Source: an uncultured bacterium
GTDB taxonomy: Bacteria; Edwardsbacteria; AC1; EtOH8
Length of the DNA stretch: 64,000 nt
Direction: 5' to 3'
NCBI GenBank assembly: GCA_963780225.1
Contig: CAWAAX010000027.1
Span: 1 to 64,000, forward strand
In this document: positions 60,657-64,000 of the stretch, piece by piece
How positions within the stretch are numbered: position 1 is the stretch's first letter
Layout of the letters: each line of letters begins with the position of its first letter
The notes under the pieces: generated by a model
Told to the model about the DNA's origin: nothing
The model's input: the letters and a program-made list of their open reading frames with translations, nothing else
Databases searched by the model: none
Made by a program: the position numbers and the translations under genes

Positions 60657-62096
60657 ATGAAGACCTTTGCCCAAAAAGTCCTGGCGGCCCTTCCTTCCAA
60701 AGGCCTGGATTACGCCGATGTCCGGGTGACCGGCCAGCTCAGCGAGTTCATCTCCACCAAGAACGGCAGCGTGGAGGCGGTCACCAAGAACTCCGACTCC
60801 GGGTTTGGGCTTAGGGTGCTGGTCAATGGGGCCTGGGGCTTCGCTTCCAGCTCACGGCTGGAGACCGGTGAGATCAAGAAAGTGATCAAGGACGCCATCG
60901 AGATCGCCAAAGCCAGCGGCCTGACCAAGGTGGAAAAGGTGGAGCTGTCCCGGCTGAAGCCCCAAAAGGGGAGTTACAAGACCCCGGTAAAGATCGATCC
61001 TTTCCAGGTCCCGTTGGAAAGAAAGATAGACCTGCTGTTAAAGGCCGACGGCATCCTGCGCCGGAACAAGAAGATCAAGATGGCCAAGGGCGGTCTGTGG
61101 TTCTTAAAGGGCGAAAAGGTCTTCGCCTCCACCCAGGGAACGCTGGTCAGCGAGGACCGCACCGAATCCGGCGGCGAGATCAGCGCCTTTGCCATCGAGG
61201 GCGCCGAGGTCCAGACCCGCAGCTACCCCAACATGAGCGGCGACACCCGACAGGCCGGCTACGAGTTCATCGAGCAGATGGACCTGGCCGGAAATGCCGA
61301 GCGCACCGCCTCCGAAGCCGCCATGCTGCTGACCGCCCCCCCCTGCCCCGCCAGGCTCTCCACCATCATCATCACCACCAACCAGCTGGCCCTGCAGGTC
61401 CACGAGTCCATCGGGCACCCCATAGAACTGGACCGGGTCTACGGCACCGAGGCCAGCTACGCCGGCACCAGTTTTTTGACCACCGACAAACTGAACAATC
61501 TTAAATACGGATCGGATATCGTCAACGTCACGGCCGACGCCACCACCCCCGGCGGCCTGGGGACCTTCGGCTGGGACGACGAGGGGGTGCCGGCCCAGAA
61601 AGTGCCCATCATCCGGAGGGGAAAGTTCGTGGGCTACCTGACCTCGCGGGAGACCGCCCCCCGGCTGGGCCTGGCCTCGGGCGGCGCCATGCGAGCCGAG
61701 GGCTGGAGCCGGATCCCCATCATCCGGATGACCAACATCAACCTGGAGCCGGGCAAGTGGAATTACCAGGACCTGATCGCCGACACCAAAGACGCGGTGC
61801 TGTTCGACACCACCAAGACCTGGAGCATCGATGACAAGCGCCTCAACTTCCAGTTCGCCACCGAGATCGCCTGGGAGATCAAGAACGGGAAACTGACCGG
61901 CCGGGTGTTCAAGAACGCAACTTACACCGGGATCACCCCGGCCTTCTGGAACAACTGCGACGCGGTCTGCAACAAAAAATCCTGGCACCTGTGGGGCGTG
62001 CCCAACTGCGGCAAGGGCCAGCCGGGCCAAAGCGCTCACGTGGGTCACGGGGTGGCCCCGGCCCGCTTCCAAAAAGTGCAGATCGGGGTTTCCTGA
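60657..62096 (+). CDS. tldD: TldD-family metalloprotease
   Basis: HESIGH, DDEGVP, RMTNI, CGKGQPGQ. Confidence 0.9.
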   Translation: MKTFAQKVLAALPSKGLDYADVRVTGQLSEFISTKNGSVEAVTKNSDSGFGLRVLVNGAWGFASSSRLETGEIKKVIKDAIEIAKASGLTKVEKVELSRLKPQKGSYKTPVKIDPFQVPLERKIDLLLKADGILRRNKKIKMAKGGLWFLKGEKVFASTQGTLVSEDRTESGGEISAFAIEGAEVQTRSYPNMSGDTRQAGYEFIEQMDLAGNAERTASEAAMLLTAPPCPARLSTIIITTNQLALQVHESIGHPIELDRVYGTEASYAGTSFLTTDKLNNLKYGSDIVNVTADATTPGGLGTFGWDDEGVPAQKVPIIRRGKFVGYLTSRETAPRLGLASGGAMRAEGWSRIPIIRMTNINLEPGKWNYQDLIADTKDAVLFDTTKTWSIDDKRLNFQFATEIAWEIKNGKLTGRVFKNATYTGITPAFWNNCDAVCNKKSWHLWGVPNCGKGQPGQSAHVGHGVAPARFQKVQIGVS

Positions 62097-62110
62097 AAAT
62101 AATAAATTGA

Positions 62111-62143
62111 ACAACGGGTCAGATTAATCTGACCTGTTGTTTT
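62111..62143 (+). terminator. Terminator-like hairpin after tldD
   Basis: ACAACGGGTCAGAT-ta-ATCTGACCTGTTGT followed by TTT. Confidence 0.6.
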
Positions 62144-62149
62144 AGGCGG

Positions 62150-63739
62150 GTGAAGATGAAGAACAATATGAAAATAATTGCCAAGCTGATGCCCCGGTTC
62201 CTGGCGGCGGCCCTGCTGGTCTCAGCAGCCGGCGGCTGCGCTTATTTCAACAGCTATTACAACGCCAAGAAGCTGTATGATTCAGGTATCCGCAGCCGCC
62301 AGGGGTTCCCCGATACCCTGGCCGCCGCCGGAGCCCAGGCCGCCGCCCTGCAGCAGGCCACCGACAAGTTTGCCGGGGTGGCAGGAAGTTATCCCGGCAG
62401 CCGCTGGACTCCGCCCAGTCTGTATTACATGGGGAATTGTTTTTTCTTTACCGGACAGAATGAAAAAGCCCTGCGTAAATATCAGGAGGTCTGCCAGTTC
62501 TATGGATCGGGTAAATATGCCCCTCTGGCCCGGCTGAATTCAGCGGTATTGAATTACAAGCTTGGTGATTACCCCTCCGCCCTGACCGACATCCAGTTAT
62601 TAAGGACCAGTACCGATAAGGAGATCCAACGGCGGATCTCGTTTCTGGAAGCCGAGATCGCCCAAGTATCCGGAGACTATTCCCAGGCGGCCATCCTCTG
62701 GCAGAGATTTCTGTTCAACCACCCCAAGGGCGATTTTACGGTTGACGCCAGATTCAAATATGCCCAGTGTCTGATCGCCCTGGGTCAGCACCGCCAGGCC
62801 GGACTGGAACTGGAGATCCTGGCCGGCAAGCGCCTTCCCCAAAGGACAGGTTATCAGGTAAAAATGCTTTTGGCCCAAAGCTATCAAACCCAGGGAGAGA
62901 CTCAGAAGGCTTTGGCGACATACCGTTTTTTACTGAAAAAGGCCCGGCCCGGCAGTCCCCAGGCTGACCTTATTGAACTTTTTATTTCCCAGATACTGGC
63001 CGGAACTGCCACCGGGCCTGAAGCCATGAAGATATATGACCAGTTGGCCCAAAAATACCCCAAAAGTCTGGCCGCTTCAGTATCCTATTTCCGGATGGGA
63101 GAGCTCCAGGAATCCTCCCAAAACCTGGACAGCGCCAAAACCTTGTATACCCTGGCCAGCCAGCGCCCCAAAGATGGTCTCGATTTCCCACTATTCAGCA
63201 ATATCCACGACCTGTCGCTGAAGAAGATGGAGAATATCTCGCTACTGGGTGGATACCGCCAGCAGCTGGACTCCGCAGCGGCCGAACAAAACGCCCAACT
63301 GCTGTTCCTGATGGCCGAGCACTACCTGTTCGGGCTTAACCAACCTGATTCGGCGGCATCGGTTTACCTGAAACTGGCATCCGAATATCCCTCTTCGCCC
63401 ATAGCCCCAAAATCGCTGTATGCCGCTGCCTGGACCCTGGACAAATACCAGCGGGACTCCGCACTGGTCAGAAGCTATCGCCTGCAGTTAGTGGAAAAGT
63501 ACCCTTATACCCGTTACGCCAACGCCGCCCGGATGGAGATGAGATTACCTCCCGACCTGGCGGTCAGCGACAGCGAACCCACCATAGAATTCAAGCTAAA
63601 ACCCAAGGCGGCACCGGTCCGGCCGGATTCCGCAGGGCCGCCGGCTGAATTGCAGTCAGAGCCCGGCCCTCAGGATACACCGGCACCGGCCATTCCAGGA
63701 CCGCCGGACAATGATAACCAATTACAGATAGATAAATGA
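62150..63739 (+). CDS. TPR-repeat lipoprotein
   Basis: Lipobox-like AAGGC followed by AYFNSYYNAKK; multiple TPRs with YPxS motifs; exact start uncertain. Confidence 0.8.
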   Translation: MKMKNNMKIIAKLMPRFLAAALLVSAAGGCAYFNSYYNAKKLYDSGIRSRQGFPDTLAAAGAQAAALQQATDKFAGVAGSYPGSRWTPPSLYYMGNCFFFTGQNEKALRKYQEVCQFYGSGKYAPLARLNSAVLNYKLGDYPSALTDIQLLRTSTDKEIQRRISFLEAEIAQVSGDYSQAAILWQRFLFNHPKGDFTVDARFKYAQCLIALGQHRQAGLELEILAGKRLPQRTGYQVKMLLAQSYQTQGETQKALATYRFLLKKARPGSPQADLIELFISQILAGTATGPEAMKIYDQLAQKYPKSLAASVSYFRMGELQESSQNLDSAKTLYTLASQRPKDGLDFPLFSNIHDLSLKKMENISLLGGYRQQLDSAAAEQNAQLLFLMAEHYLFGLNQPDSAASVYLKLASEYPSSPIAPKSLYAAAWTLDKYQRDSALVRSYRLQLVEKYPYTRYANAARMEMRLPPDLAVSDSEPTIEFKLKPKAAPVRPDSAGPPAELQSEPGPQDTPAPAIPGPPDNDNQLQIDK

Positions 63740-64000
63740 TGTTAAAACAAAAAGTAAATATCACCTCCCACCAGAAGATCGCCCCTCAAGTCTTCCTGCT
63801 GGCCTTTGCTTCGCCGCAGATGGCCGCCCAAGCCAAGCCCGGTCAGTTCGTCCATTTAAAGCCATCGGACTCCGGACCCCTGTTGTTAAGGCGGCCGTTC
63901 AGCATCAACCGGGTCAAGGGAAAGAACCTGTTCATCATGTACCGGGTGGTGGGACGGGGCACCTCCCTCATCTCTTCCCTGCCCAAGGGAGCTGAGATGG
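63736..64000 (+). CDS. pyrK: Dihydroorotate dehydrogenase electron transfer subunit (partial, runs off the window)
   Basis: Manual translation: AKPGQFVHL..LLRRPFSI..YRVVGRGT. Confidence 0.8.
   Translation, partial: MMLKQKVNITSHQKIAPQVFLLAFASPQMAAQAKPGQFVHLKPSDSGPLLLRRPFSINRVKGKNLFIMYRVVGRGTSLISSLPKGAEM

Noticed and set aside
1..64000. tRNA, rRNA or riboswitch genes
   Set aside because: None recognised by eye; an Infernal/tRNAscan run would be needed to exclude them formally.

Overview
64-kb bacterial chromosomal segment, almost entirely on the minus strand, from a diderm, probably anaerobic, GC-rich organism. Gene content resembles FCB-related candidate phyla such as Edwardsbacteria/TA06, but this taxonomy is tentative. 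Housekeeping content: prfA-prmC, HU, lon-hsp20, xerC, rlmN, hypAB, tilS-hpt-ftsH-folE-folP-cdaA, murJ, mglBA, a four-subunit 2-oxoacid:ferredoxin oxidoreductase operon, tldD and pyrK. Best candidate for an undescribed system: a four-gene membrane cassette, present as two diverged tandem copies (4970-8308 and 8712-12026), inserted inside a five-gene proline-dehydrogenase/sarcosine-oxidase-type operon. Its subunits appear to form two pairs with opposite membrane topology, suggesting an uncharacterised transporter. Also notable: a minor-pilin operon with a giant adhesin-fused PilW, preceded by a sigma54 promoter and an adjacent membrane-bound sensor/AAA+ activator fusion; a solo Y1 transposase with inverted hairpin arms; and many small, partly nested hairpin and heptamer repeats. 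Caveat: several genes, including essential ones, carry single-base insertions that look like long-read consensus errors. All family calls are by eye; no searches were run.
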